Part shown: positions 8,636 to 19,532 of the stretch, piece after piece
Position numbering within the stretch: position 1 is the stretch's first letter
Layout: every line of letters begins with the position of its first letter
Source: Bacilli bacterium
Lineage (GTDB): Bacteria; Bacillota_I; Bacilli_A; RF39; UBA660
Assembly (NCBI GenBank): GCA_017510225.1
Contig: JAFWNS010000043.1
Span: 1 to 62,144, forward strand
Length of the DNA: 62,144 nucleotides
Direction of reading: 5' to 3'
The notes under the pieces: model-generated
Database searches by the model: none
Told to the model about the DNA's origin: nothing
Seen by the model: the letters and a program-made list of their open reading frames with translations, nothing else
Translations under genes and position numbers: made by a program

Positions 8636-9547
8636 TTACTCTTTATTACTACTAGACTCAATGTTATTATTCTTCTCTTTGAATTTATCTTTATCTGCTT
8701 CTTGTTGTTTCTTATCATATTCTAAAAATAAATTATTAGTCTTTTCTAAATAAATTACTAAATCATTAACCATAACACAATTATTATAATTACTACTATT
8801 TAATTCAATCTTCCATACTTTATAAACTAATGATTTAAATAATAACACCTCATCTATACTAAATTTATATTTACTTTGATAAATACTAAATAAAGAACTA
8901 AATTCTAAATCTTTATAATTATTTCTATAAAAATTATAAAAATCATATACTACCCAATCTTTCTTAGATTTATCCCAATTCTTTAATAATAAATCTTTAT
9001 CATCAATAAAATTATTTAAAGAAATATTATTATGTAATAAAACAATACGTTCCCTAGTTTGTTTTATTTTTAAGTTATACCATTTTTCTATATAATATTT
9101 AGATTTATTTAAAAACTTATATATATTACTAATATTTCTAATTAATAAATATTCTGCAGGAGACATATATACTTTAGACTCTATTTTATCTTGTAAATTA
9201 TAATAATATCTAAATAATTCATCTAACTTTCTATTAGTATCTTCATATACTTGTTTTATTTTATCTAAATTTATTTCTTTATATGAAGTTGTTTTTATAT
9301 GAAGCATACTAAAAACATTAACTAAATCTATAGCCTTATCTTCTTTTTTTAAATTATCATTTCTATATAAATATACTTCATTATTATTAATACTTTTTTC
9401 TACATCTAAAAAATTATTAAAACCCCTACTACGTAAATAATTATAAATATTACTATTATTACCTTCTTTTATTATATATTTACCAGTATTTGTATTAATA
9501 ATTTTTTCTCCATTACAAAAAGATATTTTATTTATATTATTCATCAC
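8636..9547 (-). CDS. CotS/YsxE-like spore coat protein (probable degenerate phosphotransferase fold)
   Basis: Kinase-like remnant LLHNNISLNNFI....LLKNWDKS...VYDFYNFY. It lies immediately downstream of a SpoVID-like gene, as ysxE does in Bacillus subtilis. Confidence 0.45.
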   Translation of the reverse strand: MMNNINKISFCNGEKIINTNTGKYIIKEGNNSNIYNYLRSRGFNNFLDVEKSINNNEVYLYRNDNLKKEDKAIDLVNVFSMLHIKTTSYKEINLDKIKQVYEDTNRKLDELFRYYYNLQDKIESKVYMSPAEYLLIRNISNIYKFLNKSKYYIEKWYNLKIKQTRERIVLLHNNISLNNFIDDKDLLLKNWDKSKKDWVVYDFYNFYRNNYKDLEFSSLFSIYQSKYKFSIDEVLLFKSLVYKVWKIELNSSNYNNCVMVNDLVIYLEKTNNLFLEYDKKQQEADKDKFKEKNNNIESSSNKE

Positions 9548-10175
9548 TATAAGGTATTACTATTTTAGAACCTATTCCTATATTATCTAAATCATTATAG
9601 TTTTCTAATTCTTCTTTAGTTATGTTATATTTATCAAGTATACTACCTAAACTATCATTTTCTCTCATTATATAAACAGAATACGCCACAAAATTATCAT
9701 CACTATCATTTAATGTAGAAAAAATTGACTCCATATTAGATTCATCTTCTGAATCAGTCTCTACTGCCTTAATATCATCTTCAACTATCTCATCCATATC
9801 ATCATCACATTCCCTATTTTCTTCTTCTAAGATTTCTTTTTCTTCATCTATTTTTTCTATTCCTTCTATTTTAATTTCTATATGACAAACTAAAGTATCA
9901 TTATTATCTACATGATAATTAAAATCATTTATCTCAATACTAACACTATCTAAATCTAATACTTCATTTAGTATAACTTCTACAGGTACCTTAAATTCAA
10001 AATTATTTTCTAATCTAGAAGCTTCACTTAATTTATAACTACCCTTTATTAAGAATTCTCCATTAATATTACTACTATCAGTAAATTTTAAAGTATGATC
10101 TAAAGATATTGAATTAATATCTCCAATTATAGAATTAAATTCTAACTCTTTATCAAAAGAAACTATTTTTTTCAT
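9537..10175 (-). CDS. SpoVID/SipL-like spore morphogenetic protein with C-terminal LysM domain
   Basis: SpoVID-like N-terminal domain (..I.SISLDH.L.....I.GEFLIKGSY), an acidic linker, and C-terminal LysM (YIMRENDSLGSILDKYNITKEELENYN...GSKIVIP). Confidence 0.5.
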   Translation of the reverse strand: MKKIVSFDKELEFNSIIGDINSISLDHTLKFTDSSNINGEFLIKGSYKLSEASRLENNFEFKVPVEVILNEVLDLDSVSIEINDFNYHVDNNDTLVCHIEIKIEGIEKIDEEKEILEEENRECDDDMDEIVEDDIKAVETDSEDESNMESIFSTLNDSDDNFVAYSVYIMRENDSLGSILDKYNITKEELENYNDLDNIGIGSKIVIPYSDE

Positions 10176-10218
10176 ATTTCCCTCCTAATAAATAATATGA
10201 AAAAAAAGAATACTTATT

Positions 10219-10881
10219 CTAGTATTCTAATTTTTCTTTTAATAAAACTTTTTTTATTGTTTTAGCATCTTTTTTTAATGGAGAAAATTTCTTACTATTA
10301 CCTATAACCATATCCATTAAACATACACTATTATTACTAACAGCTTCATCATCATAAAAACTATTATAGTTATTATATAAATATATTGTAGAATCTATTA
10401 TATTATCATAATTATCTAATTCTTCTATTTCTCCTGATACTATACCATGAAATAAAGCTGAATCATATAAAATAGAATAAAACATATCATCTAAACTTGA
10501 AAAATTTCTATCTCTATCCATTTGTTGCTCTGTCATATAAAGTACTCTCATACTTTCTTTTTCTTTAGGAGAATATGCATTAAATCCATTTAATTTACCA
10601 ATTACTTCATTACATAAATCTCTATTATCATTATACTTATCTCTATAATCACTAGTTACATAATACCCTAATGATTGAAAATCATATTTAGATACATCAG
10701 AAAATGAAAAGAAGAAAGGATCTTGATCTATTAAAAAACTAATACTATTAATAAGATCTAAATGAAGTGTTTTATCATTTATATATTCTTCATAACCTTC
10801 ATTTATAATAGCTACTAATAGACCTCTAGTTATTATAGTTCTTGCATTTATTTCCTCTTGTGTCATATTTTCTTTAGTCAT
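10219..10881 (-). CDS. Hypothetical protein
   Basis: Long ORF. I set the start at the ATG preceded by AAAGGAAG with an 8-nt spacer, overlapping the lon stop by 8 nt. No family recognised. Confidence 0.5.
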   Translation of the reverse strand: MTKENMTQEEINARTIITRGLLVAIINEGYEEYINDKTLHLDLINSISFLIDQDPFFFSFSDVSKYDFQSLGYYVTSDYRDKYNDNRDLCNEVIGKLNGFNAYSPKEKESMRVLYMTEQQMDRDRNFSSLDDMFYSILYDSALFHGIVSGEIEELDNYDNIIDSTIYLYNNYNSFYDDEAVSNNSVCLMDMVIGNSKKFSPLKKDAKTIKKVLLKEKLEY

Positions 10882-13189
10882 TCTTATTACTTCCTTTAAA
10901 TATTTTATTAAAAATTTCACTATAATTATCTACAAATATAAATTTAATATCTTTCTTTATATCTTCTGGAATATCATCTAAATCTTTTTTATTTTCTTTA
11001 GGTAATATAATTTTTCTAATACCTGCTCTATGAGAACCAATTATTTTTTCTTTTAATCCCCCAATAGCTAAAACTTTACCTCTAAGAGTAATTTCTCCTG
11101 TCATAGATATATTTTTATCTACAGCAATATTTTTAAATAAACTAATTAATGCAGTAGTTATAGTAATACCTGCAGATGGTCCATCTTTAGAAATAGCCCC
11201 TTCTGGAAAATGAATATGTATATCACTTTCATTTAATATTTTTTCATCTATATTAAATTTCTTACTATTAGATTTAATATAACTATAGGCTATCTTACAA
11301 GATTCCTGCATTACATCCCCTAAAGAACCTGTTAAAGTAAGTTTACCCTTTCCTTTATATAAAGTAGCTTCTATAGGTAAAATATCTCCTCCAAAAGCAG
11401 TATAAGCCATACCATTAACTACACCAATTTCTTTTTCTTTACTATTTTTTTCATATAAATATTTCTTTTTACCTAAAAATTCTTCTATATTTTTATTATC
11501 TATATTATAGAAAACTACTTCTTTTTCTACTAATATTTTTTTAACTATTTTTCTAAATAAACTAGAAATAATTCTATCTAATTCTCTTACTCCAGCTTCT
11601 TTAGTATAGTTTCTAATAATAGTTAAAATAGCTTCATCTTCTATATTTACTTGTAAAGTAGTTAATCCATGTTCTTCTAAACTTCTAGGAATTAAATGTT
11701 TCTTAGCAATATCTAGTTTTTCATATTCTGTATAACTAGATAATTCTATTATTTCTAATCTATCTCTTAATTCATATGGAATTTGATCTATATAGTTGGC
11801 TGTTGCGATAAATAATACTTTACTTAAATCAAATTCTTCTTCTATATAATGATCTGAGAATTTAGAATTTTGTTCTGGATCTAATACTTCTAATAAACTA
11901 CTAGCTGGATCTCCTTTAATTCCTTTAGTCATTTTATCTATTTCATCAATTATAAATACAGGATTAGATGTTTTTGCTTTTCTAATACCTTGAATTATTC
12001 TACCTGGAATAGATCCAATATAAGTTCTTCTATGTCCAACTATTTCTGCTTCATCATTAATTCCACCAACACTTATTTTAGCAGTCTTTCTACCTAAACT
12101 TTTAGCAATAGAAACAGCAAGTGAAGTTTTACCAACACCAGGAGGACCAACTAAACATATAATTGGACTACGTAAGTTATTAGTATTTTCTTTAACAGCT
12201 AAATACTCTAATATTCTAGTTTTAACATCTTTTAATCCATAATGAGTAGAATCTAATATTTCAGAAACACTATTAAAATCTTTATTATCTTTTGTATATT
12301 TATTCCAAGGTAGTGAAACCATCCAATCTAGATAATCTCTAATCATACCTAATTCAGGAGAATTAGAACTTATAGTTTCATACCTAGATAATTCACTTAA
12401 CATTTTTTCTTTAATCTTATTACTACATTTTAATTTATTAATTTTCTTTCTTAAAATCTCTACTTCATCATCTTTACTATTAACATCCCCAAGTTCTTCT
12501 TTAATAACTTTAATTTTTTCTCTTAAGAAGAATTCTCTTTGGGACTCATCTATTTCTTTTTCTACTTCAGATTCTATTTCTCTTTCTAATTCAATAAATT
12601 TTAAATCTTCATTCATATCTTTAATAAGTAATTTAGCTCTTTCTATATCATTAGTAGTATAAATATATTTCTTCTTTTTCTCATAACTAACTGGTAAGAA
12701 AGACGCAATTAAATCACACAAATTAGTTAAATCATTAACACTATTTAATTGACTCATAATAGCATTACTCATATAAGGAACTTTAGATATATATCTTTCT
12801 AAAGATTTAATTAAAATATTAAAATAATTCTTATCATCACTATCAGATATTTTTATATCAGTAAAATTAGCTTCATATACACCATTATTAAAATCATAAT
12901 TACCAACACTAATTCTTTTTATTCCCTCTATAACTACTCTAGTTTTACCATTAGGAACATTTATTTTTAACTTTAATTGTCCTAAAACACCATATTTAGG
13001 TAAATTAGTAATATCTCCTGTATCTTGATCATCTATAGGATTAACAATAATCATTAACTTATCAAAACTATCATCTATTAAATCAATTATTTTCTTATCA
13101 AAAGTATCATCATATTCTATACGAACTTCATTATTTGGAAAGATAACTACATCAGTTAATACTAATACGGGTATTTTTTCATTCTTCAT
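10874..13189 (-). CDS. lon: ATP-dependent Lon protease (LonA)
   Basis: N-terminal LON domain, AAA+ Walker A GPPGVGKTS, Walker B FIIDEIDK, and the protease motif DGPSAGIT with the catalytic Ser. Confidence 0.95.
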   Translation of the reverse strand: MKNEKIPVLVLTDVVIFPNNEVRIEYDDTFDKKIIDLIDDSFDKLMIIVNPIDDQDTGDITNLPKYGVLGQLKLKINVPNGKTRVVIEGIKRISVGNYDFNNGVYEANFTDIKISDSDDKNYFNILIKSLERYISKVPYMSNAIMSQLNSVNDLTNLCDLIASFLPVSYEKKKKYIYTTNDIERAKLLIKDMNEDLKFIELEREIESEVEKEIDESQREFFLREKIKVIKEELGDVNSKDDEVEILRKKINKLKCSNKIKEKMLSELSRYETISSNSPELGMIRDYLDWMVSLPWNKYTKDNKDFNSVSEILDSTHYGLKDVKTRILEYLAVKENTNNLRSPIICLVGPPGVGKTSLAVSIAKSLGRKTAKISVGGINDEAEIVGHRRTYIGSIPGRIIQGIRKAKTSNPVFIIDEIDKMTKGIKGDPASSLLEVLDPEQNSKFSDHYIEEEFDLSKVLFIATANYIDQIPYELRDRLEIIELSSYTEYEKLDIAKKHLIPRSLEEHGLTTLQVNIEDEAILTIIRNYTKEAGVRELDRIISSLFRKIVKKILVEKEVVFYNIDNKNIEEFLGKKKYLYEKNSKEKEIGVVNGMAYTAFGGDILPIEATLYKGKGKLTLTGSLGDVMQESCKIAYSYIKSNSKKFNIDEKILNESDIHIHFPEGAISKDGPSAGITITTALISLFKNIAVDKNISMTGEITLRGKVLAIGGLKEKIIGSHRAGIRKIILPKENKKDLDDIPEDIKKDIKFIFVDNYSEIFNKIFKGSNKND

Positions 13190-13280
13190 AGATTATCCAC
13201 CTCCAAATTTGAATACTGCTTTCTATTATATAATAAATAAAAATATTTTCAAGCAAATAATATACTTTTTATTAAATAAT

Positions 13281-13308
13281 TACAAATAAAAAAGGACTAT
13301 GTCCTTTA
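13281..13308 (-). terminator. Intrinsic terminator after tig
   Basis: Stem AAAGGAC/GTCCTTT with a TAT loop, overlapping the tig stop codon. UUUUUAUUUG follows on the minus strand. Confidence 0.5.
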
Positions 13309-14574
13309 TTTATTTAATTCTTTTAATAATTCAACTGTTTTTCTCATTTCTAAATCATATTGAATCATATCTAATCCACCAAATTGCGCTAAGAATTCTT
13401 CTTTTTTCATTTGATATTTCTTAGCTAATTCTTCTGCTTCTTTTTCTGCTTCTTTTGCAGTTACTTCAATTTTTTCAAGATTCATAATTTCTTCTAACAT
13501 TAAACGATATAAAACATTTGAGTAAGCTTCTTTTTCTAATTGATTCTTTAAATCTTCTTCTGTTGTTTTAGTAAATTGATAGTATAGATCTAGTGAAATT
13601 CCTTGCATCTTAATTTGTTCTTCGAATCTTCCCATTAATCTAGTTACTTCTTCATCAACCATTCCTTGTGGAATATCTACTTCAACATTTTTAGATACTT
13701 CTTCTAATATCTTATCAACATATTTATTTTCAGTATCTGCCTCTTTTTGTGCTTTTATAGATGCCTTAATTTCTTTCTTTAAAGATTCTTCAGAGTCAAC
13801 ACCCTCCATACCTAAATCTTCAAAGAAATCTTTATCTAATTCTCTTTTAATCTTTTCTTTAATTTCATTTACTTTAACTTTAAATACAACTGGACTACCA
13901 GCTAATTCTTTAGCACCATAATCTTCTGGGAAAGTAACATTAATGTCTTTTTCTTCCCCTGTTTTCATACCAATAACTTGATCTTCAAAACCAGGAATAA
14001 ATGTATTAGAACCAATTTCAAGTGAATAGTTTTCTCCTTTTCCACCTTCAAAAGTTTCTCCATCTTTAAATCCTTCAAAATCAATTATTGCGACATTACC
14101 AGCTTCTACTTTACCTTTTTCTTTAGTAGCAAGTTCAGTATATCTTTCTAATAAATGTCCAAGTTCGTGATTAACTTCTTCTGCAGTTACTTTTACCTTT
14201 TCTGGTTGAATATTTAATCCTTTATATTTCTTAACTTTAACTTCTGGTTTAGTAGTAATAGTAAATTTAAATTCAACACCCTTTTCATCAATACTATTTA
14301 AATCAACTTGTGGTTGTACTACTGGAATTAAATCAGATTCTTCCATAGCTTTACCATAAGCTTCTTGTAATACTAAATCAGCTGCATCTAATAAATAATC
14401 TTTTCCATAGTGTTTTTCATAAATATTTCTAGGTGCTTTACCTTTTCTAAAACCATCAATTTTTACATTTTTTTGTTTTTTAGCAAATGCTTTATCACAA
14501 GCATCTTTCCATTCTTTTCCTTCAATTTTAATAATTACTTCATGAACATTACTGTTCTTTGCTTTTTTTGCCAT
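13306..14574 (-). CDS. tig: Trigger factor
   Basis: The ribosome-binding motif GFRKGKAPR, a central FKBP-type PPIase domain (IDFEGF.DGE.FEGG), and typical length and architecture. Confidence 0.95.
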   Translation of the reverse strand: MAKKAKNSNVHEVIIKIEGKEWKDACDKAFAKKQKNVKIDGFRKGKAPRNIYEKHYGKDYLLDAADLVLQEAYGKAMEESDLIPVVQPQVDLNSIDEKGVEFKFTITTKPEVKVKKYKGLNIQPEKVKVTAEEVNHELGHLLERYTELATKEKGKVEAGNVAIIDFEGFKDGETFEGGKGENYSLEIGSNTFIPGFEDQVIGMKTGEEKDINVTFPEDYGAKELAGSPVVFKVKVNEIKEKIKRELDKDFFEDLGMEGVDSEESLKKEIKASIKAQKEADTENKYVDKILEEVSKNVEVDIPQGMVDEEVTRLMGRFEEQIKMQGISLDLYYQFTKTTEEDLKNQLEKEAYSNVLYRLMLEEIMNLEKIEVTAKEAEKEAEELAKKYQMKKEEFLAQFGGLDMIQYDLEMRKTVELLKELNK

Positions 14575-14629
14575 TTATATCCCTCCAACGCTTTATATTA
14601 TACCTTATTATTAAATTAAAAACAATATA

Positions 14630-16372
14630 TTAATCTCTTACTTTAATATGAGCTTCTCTTAATTGCATTTCAGTTACTTCTGAAGGTGAATCCATCATTG
14701 CATCACTTCCAGCAGCACTCATTGGGAATGCAATTGTTTCTCTAATAGATTTTTCATCTAATAATAGCATTAACATTCTATCAATTCCAGGAGCCATACC
14801 TGCATGAGGTGGTGCCCCATATTTAAATGCTTCATATAAAGCTTTAAATCTATTCTTTAATTCTTCTTCAGAGTATCCTGCAATTTCAAAAGCTTTCTTC
14901 ATTATATCTAAATCATGATTACGAACAGCTCCACTAGCCATTTCTAAACCATTACATACAAAGTCAAATTGATATGCAAGTACTTCTTCTGGTTTTTTAC
15001 TAGTTAAAGCATCCATTCCACCTTGCGGCATACTAAATGGATTATGTGTAAAGATATATTGATCCTCTTCTTCACTCCACTCATACATTGGGAAATCTTT
15101 AACTATACAGAATTTAAATTCATCATCATTAATTAATTCTAATTTACGACCTAATTCATCTCTAATTAATCCTGCATTTTTAGCAGCATTCTTTCTATCT
15201 GCAATAAAGAATATAACACTACCTGGTTTTAAGTTACCAACTTCTATTAAATCTTCTCTTTCATCTTCAGATAAGAATTTATCAATTGGCCCAGCAAAAC
15301 TCATATCATCCATTACTTTAAAATATCCAATACCTGGCATACCAATTGTTTTAGCATAATCAACTAATTCATTAAACCAAGAGTTTGATTTAGATGCAAT
15401 ATCATCTACAACTATACCTTTAACAGTAACTCCTCTAAATGGTCTAAAACTAGTTTCTTCAAATACATCTGTTAAATCAATTAATTCAAGTGGATTTCTT
15501 AAATCTGGTTTATCTGTACCAAAACGATCCATTGCTTCTTTAAAACTTAATCTAGGAAATGGTGTATCAGTAATCTTTTTATCACTGAATTTTTTAAATG
15601 TATCATAAAATACTTTTTCACCAATTCTTAAAACATCTTCTTCTTCTGCAAAAGACATTTCGAAATCTAATTGATAAAACTCTCCATAAATTCTATCACT
15701 TCTAGCATCTTCATCTCTAAAACATGGTGCGATTTGGAAATACTTATCAAATCCACCACACATTAATAATTGTTTGAATTGTTGTGGTGCTTGTGGAAGT
15801 GCATAGAATTTTCCTTTAAATTTACGAGATGGAACTATAAAGTCTCTAGCTCCTTCTGGAGATGAAGCAGTAAGTATTGGTGTAGTTATTTCTAAGAAAT
15901 CTTCACCCTTCATTATTTCTCTCATATAATCTATTACTTTAGTTCTAAAAATTATAGTATCTTTAACTTTTGGATTACGAAGATCTAAATATCTATATTT
16001 TAATCTAGTTTCTTCTCCACTATCACGAGAAGTCATTACTTCAAATGGTAATACATTAGAGGCTTTACCTAATACTTCAAGACTTTCTACTAATAACTCA
16101 ATAGTACCAGTAGATATTCTTTCATTATAGTCATCTTCTCCTCTTTTTCTAATTTTACCTGATAAAGTAATACTAGATTCACGAGTAATACCATCAAAAA
16201 CACTATCATCATTACTAACTACTTGAATTACTCCTGTATTATCTCTAATATCTACAAAAATAACTCCACCATGATCTCTTATATTTTCAACAAATCCCGC
16301 AACTTTCACTTCTTTATCTATATCTGCTTCAGTTAGTTCTCCACAATATTTTGTTCTATATTTATTTTCCAT
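14630..16372 (-). CDS. aspS: Aspartate--tRNA ligase (bacterial type; probably non-discriminating given operon context)
   Basis: Class II motifs FQIAPCFRDED and GMAPGIDR plus an N-terminal OB anticodon-binding domain. The gene is co-operonic with gatCAB. Confidence 0.95.
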   Translation of the reverse strand: MENKYRTKYCGELTEADIDKEVKVAGFVENIRDHGGVIFVDIRDNTGVIQVVSNDDSVFDGITRESSITLSGKIRKRGEDDYNERISTGTIELLVESLEVLGKASNVLPFEVMTSRDSGEETRLKYRYLDLRNPKVKDTIIFRTKVIDYMREIMKGEDFLEITTPILTASSPEGARDFIVPSRKFKGKFYALPQAPQQFKQLLMCGGFDKYFQIAPCFRDEDARSDRIYGEFYQLDFEMSFAEEEDVLRIGEKVFYDTFKKFSDKKITDTPFPRLSFKEAMDRFGTDKPDLRNPLELIDLTDVFEETSFRPFRGVTVKGIVVDDIASKSNSWFNELVDYAKTIGMPGIGYFKVMDDMSFAGPIDKFLSEDEREDLIEVGNLKPGSVIFFIADRKNAAKNAGLIRDELGRKLELINDDEFKFCIVKDFPMYEWSEEEDQYIFTHNPFSMPQGGMDALTSKKPEEVLAYQFDFVCNGLEMASGAVRNHDLDIMKKAFEIAGYSEEELKNRFKALYEAFKYGAPPHAGMAPGIDRMLMLLLDEKSIRETIAFPMSAAGSDAMMDSPSEVTEMQLREAHIKVRD

Positions 16373-17795
16373 CGTTTTTTCTCCTTTCTAATTCTTTAGC
16401 AATTATTTCTTTAGATTTATTTGGATTAGCCTGTCTATTAGATTTTTTCATAGTTTGACCTATAAAGAAGTTAATAGCAGACATATTACCATCTTCTACA
16501 TATTGTCTAACTACTTCACTATTTTCATCCATAATAGACTTAATTAATTCTAATAACTCTTCTTCATCATTAATTTGGTGTAGACCTGCTTTTTTAATTA
16601 ATTCATTTGGATCTTTAGATTCATCTATAGCTTGATATAAAATTTTCTTACCATGATCTAATGAAATATCTCCTTTACTTACTAAATCAACTACTCCACT
16701 TAACATATCTGAGGTTATAAATAATTCATCAATAGATATTTCTAATTTATTTAATGTAGATAAAATTGATGTAGTCATAAAGTTAACTGTAGTATTAACA
16801 TCACTTTTTTCTATTACTCTTTCAAAGTAATCTGAAACTTTTCTATCTTTAGATAAAGTAGAAGCGTCTTCTTCACTTAATCCTAAATCTATATATTTTT
16901 GATATCTAGATAATTTTAATTCTGGTAAATTATCTTTTAATTCTTTTAATAATTCATCTGTTACAGGAGTAGATGGTATATTTGGTTCTACAAAGTATTT
17001 ATAATCTACTGCATCTACTTTTTCTCTCATTGAATATGTTTTTCCATCTTCAGCAATTCTTCTAGTTTCTTGAACTACTTTTTCTCCTTTATCTAATAAT
17101 TCACTTTGTCTTTTAATTTCATATTCAATAGCCGCTCTTACATTATTAAAAGCATTTATATTTTTCATTTCTACTTTAGTACCTAACTCAGTATCAGTTT
17201 CTTTCATTAAAGAAATATTTACATCACATCTCATTTGTCCATAATTACTTTTAGCTTCACTTACTCCTAGATATAAGAATAAATCTCTTAAATCTTCTAA
17301 ATATCTAACAGCTTCATCAGCACTTTCAATACATGGATCACTAACTATTTCAAGTAGTGGTATTCCACTACGATTATAATCAATTAAAGAATAATTTGGA
17401 TGATGTTCTAAAGATGCAGTATCTTCTTCTAGATGTACATCATGTAAAGTAATTCTTTTAACTTCACCATTTACTAAAACATCTAAATAACCTCCAACAC
17501 CTACTGGTTTAGTATTTTGAGTTATTTGATATCCTTTAGGTAAATCAGCATAGTAATAATTCTTTCTATCAAATATTATTTCATCTGGTAATTTACAGTT
17601 TAGAGCCATTGAAGTAAATAAAGCTTTCTTTACTGCTTCTTTATTGGCAACTGGAAGTATTCCAGGTAATCCTAAATCTACAGTACCTACATTTATATTA
17701 GGTATTTTTGTAAATTGATTAGGTGCAGATGAAAAGTTTTTAGACTTAGTTTCAAGTTCACAATGAACTTCTAATCCAATTACTACTTTATACAT
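16362..17795 (-). CDS. gatB: Asp/Glu-tRNA amidotransferase subunit B
   Basis: The N-terminus VIGLEVHCEL.TK.K.F is the canonical GatB start. A C-terminal YqeY-like tail is present. Confidence 0.95.
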   Translation of the reverse strand: MYKVVIGLEVHCELETKSKNFSSAPNQFTKIPNINVGTVDLGLPGILPVANKEAVKKALFTSMALNCKLPDEIIFDRKNYYYADLPKGYQITQNTKPVGVGGYLDVLVNGEVKRITLHDVHLEEDTASLEHHPNYSLIDYNRSGIPLLEIVSDPCIESADEAVRYLEDLRDLFLYLGVSEAKSNYGQMRCDVNISLMKETDTELGTKVEMKNINAFNNVRAAIEYEIKRQSELLDKGEKVVQETRRIAEDGKTYSMREKVDAVDYKYFVEPNIPSTPVTDELLKELKDNLPELKLSRYQKYIDLGLSEEDASTLSKDRKVSDYFERVIEKSDVNTTVNFMTTSILSTLNKLEISIDELFITSDMLSGVVDLVSKGDISLDHGKKILYQAIDESKDPNELIKKAGLHQINDEEELLELIKSIMDENSEVVRQYVEDGNMSAINFFIGQTMKKSNRQANPNKSKEIIAKELERRKNDGK

Positions 17796-19242
17796 CTATA
17801 TCACCTACCTTAGAATAGATATCTTTATATCCAGTAATACTTTCTATTTTATTAGCCATATTTAAGACTAAATCATCATCTTTAACTCTACCTGTAATGT
17901 TTACACCTACTGGCATTTCATCACTAAATGTAAATGGTATAGTAATTGATGGGAATCCTCCAAAGTTACCTATAGCTAGATGATTTTCTAAAAGTAAATA
18001 TTTACTTGATAGTTTCTCAGAAGACTCTTTAAAAGTTGGAGCTCCTCCTCCACTAGCAGGTAGAATCATACCATCATAATCTTTAAATAATTCATTTATT
18101 TTATCAACTATTAATCTTCTAACACGACAAGCATTTAAGAATAATTTTTCTTGATTTTCTTTTTGTAATATATAACTACCTAGTACAAAACGTCTTTTAA
18201 TTAACTCAGAAAAACCTTTAGTTCTAGCATCAAACATAATCTCTTCTACAGAATTACCTTCTCCTCTAGGTCCAAACTGTATACCAGTAAGGTTAGAGTT
18301 ATTAGAAGTAGCTTCTGCACAACTAATAGTCATATATGTAGGATATACTGCTTCTAATAAAGCTTTATCAATAGATACTTCTTCTACTATAAAACCTAAT
18401 TCTCTACACTTATCAAGTAATTTATAAAAATCATCTAATACTTTTAAAGTGTTTTTATCTATGTATTGACTCTTATCACATATTTCTTTTATATAAAATA
18501 ATTTCTTACCTTTAATATCATTATCTAAAGAATCAACTAAATTCTTATCATAATTAATAGTAACCATATCATTTATATCTTTACCTTTAATTATGTCTGT
18601 AACTATCGCACTATCTTTTACATTACGAGATAAAACTCCTACATGATCTAGACTAGATGCGAAAGCAAATAATCCATAACGAGAAATAAGACCATAAGTT
18701 GGTTTATAACCTACTACTCCACAGAATGAGGCAGGTTTTCTAATAGAATCTCCTGTATCAGATCCAATTGAGAATGGAACTATACCTAAAGCAACAGCTG
18801 CAGCTGATCCTGCAGATGAACCTCCAGTCATTCGCATCATATCCCAAGGATTTTTAACTACTCCAGTATGAGCAGTAGTACCAGTACCACCCATAGCAAG
18901 TTCATCTAGTACTGTTTTACCAACTAATACTCCTCCTGCTTTTCTTAATTTCTTATATATAGTTGCATCATAAACAGGAACATAATCTTTTAAGATATTA
19001 GATGATGATGTAGTAAGTATTCCATTAGTAGAAAAATTATCTTTTAATGCATAAGGAATTCCTTTAATAAAACTATCACTTCTTCTTTTAATCTTATAAT
19101 CATCCATTATAGTTACAAAAGAATTATAATCTTCTTGAAAATAATTAGCTAATTTTTTAGCATCTTCAAATAACTCTTCACTAGTTACTTCTTCACTATC
19201 TAAAACTTCTCTTAACTCAGTAATACTCTTTCCTCTATACAT
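17788..19242 (-). CDS. gatA: Asp/Glu-tRNA amidotransferase subunit A
   Basis: Amidase signature GGSSAGSAAAVA and a Ser-cisSer-Lys context, with typical length. Confidence 0.95.
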   Translation of the reverse strand: MYRGKSITELREVLDSEEVTSEELFEDAKKLANYFQEDYNSFVTIMDDYKIKRRSDSFIKGIPYALKDNFSTNGILTTSSSNILKDYVPVYDATIYKKLRKAGGVLVGKTVLDELAMGGTGTTAHTGVVKNPWDMMRMTGGSSAGSAAAVALGIVPFSIGSDTGDSIRKPASFCGVVGYKPTYGLISRYGLFAFASSLDHVGVLSRNVKDSAIVTDIIKGKDINDMVTINYDKNLVDSLDNDIKGKKLFYIKEICDKSQYIDKNTLKVLDDFYKLLDKCRELGFIVEEVSIDKALLEAVYPTYMTISCAEATSNNSNLTGIQFGPRGEGNSVEEIMFDARTKGFSELIKRRFVLGSYILQKENQEKLFLNACRVRRLIVDKINELFKDYDGMILPASGGGAPTFKESSEKLSSKYLLLENHLAIGNFGGFPSITIPFTFSDEMPVGVNITGRVKDDDLVLNMANKIESITGYKDIYSKVGDIDV

Positions 19243-19532
19243 TATTCCACCACCTTTGGAACTTTAACTTGATCATTAACTTGATACTTAGTATTATCTA
19301 ATACTTCACCTACAGTTAAATAATCTTTAACTTCATCTTCTCTCAAATTAACATCTTCATTTTTATATGGAAAAGTCATTGGTTCTACTTCACTAATATT
19401 AGGAATTTTACCTATTAAATCCATTTGTTTTAATATAACTTCAAATTCTTCTTGTAAAGTCTCATATTCACTATCTTCCATATCAAACATTAACTTATTA
19501 GCATAATCTTTTAACTTACTCTTATCTATCAT
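19242..19532 (-). CDS. gatC: Asp/Glu-tRNA amidotransferase subunit C
   Basis: Small acidic GatC-like protein. I set the start at MIDKSKL, preceded by TAAGGAGG. The 5' extension in the ORF track runs into the T-box leader. Confidence 0.85.
   Translation of the reverse strand: MIDKSKLKDYANKLMFDMEDSEYETLQEEFEVILKQMDLIGKIPNISEVEPMTFPYKNEDVNLREDEVKDYLTVGEVLDNTKYQVNDQVKVPKVVE

Noticed and set aside
8513-8725. 70-aa plus-strand ORF with an AGGTGA SD in the rbr-upstream gap
   Set aside because: Its 3' 90 nt overlap the convergent YsxE-like CDS. The product is low-complexity hydrophobic (I/L/F) sequence, typical of AT-rich antisense frames. It might be a real small membrane protein, but the sequence alone does not support it.
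14410-14619. Plus-strand 69-aa ORF
   Set aside because: It lies antisense to the 5' end of tig and gives a low-complexity F/I/N-rich product.
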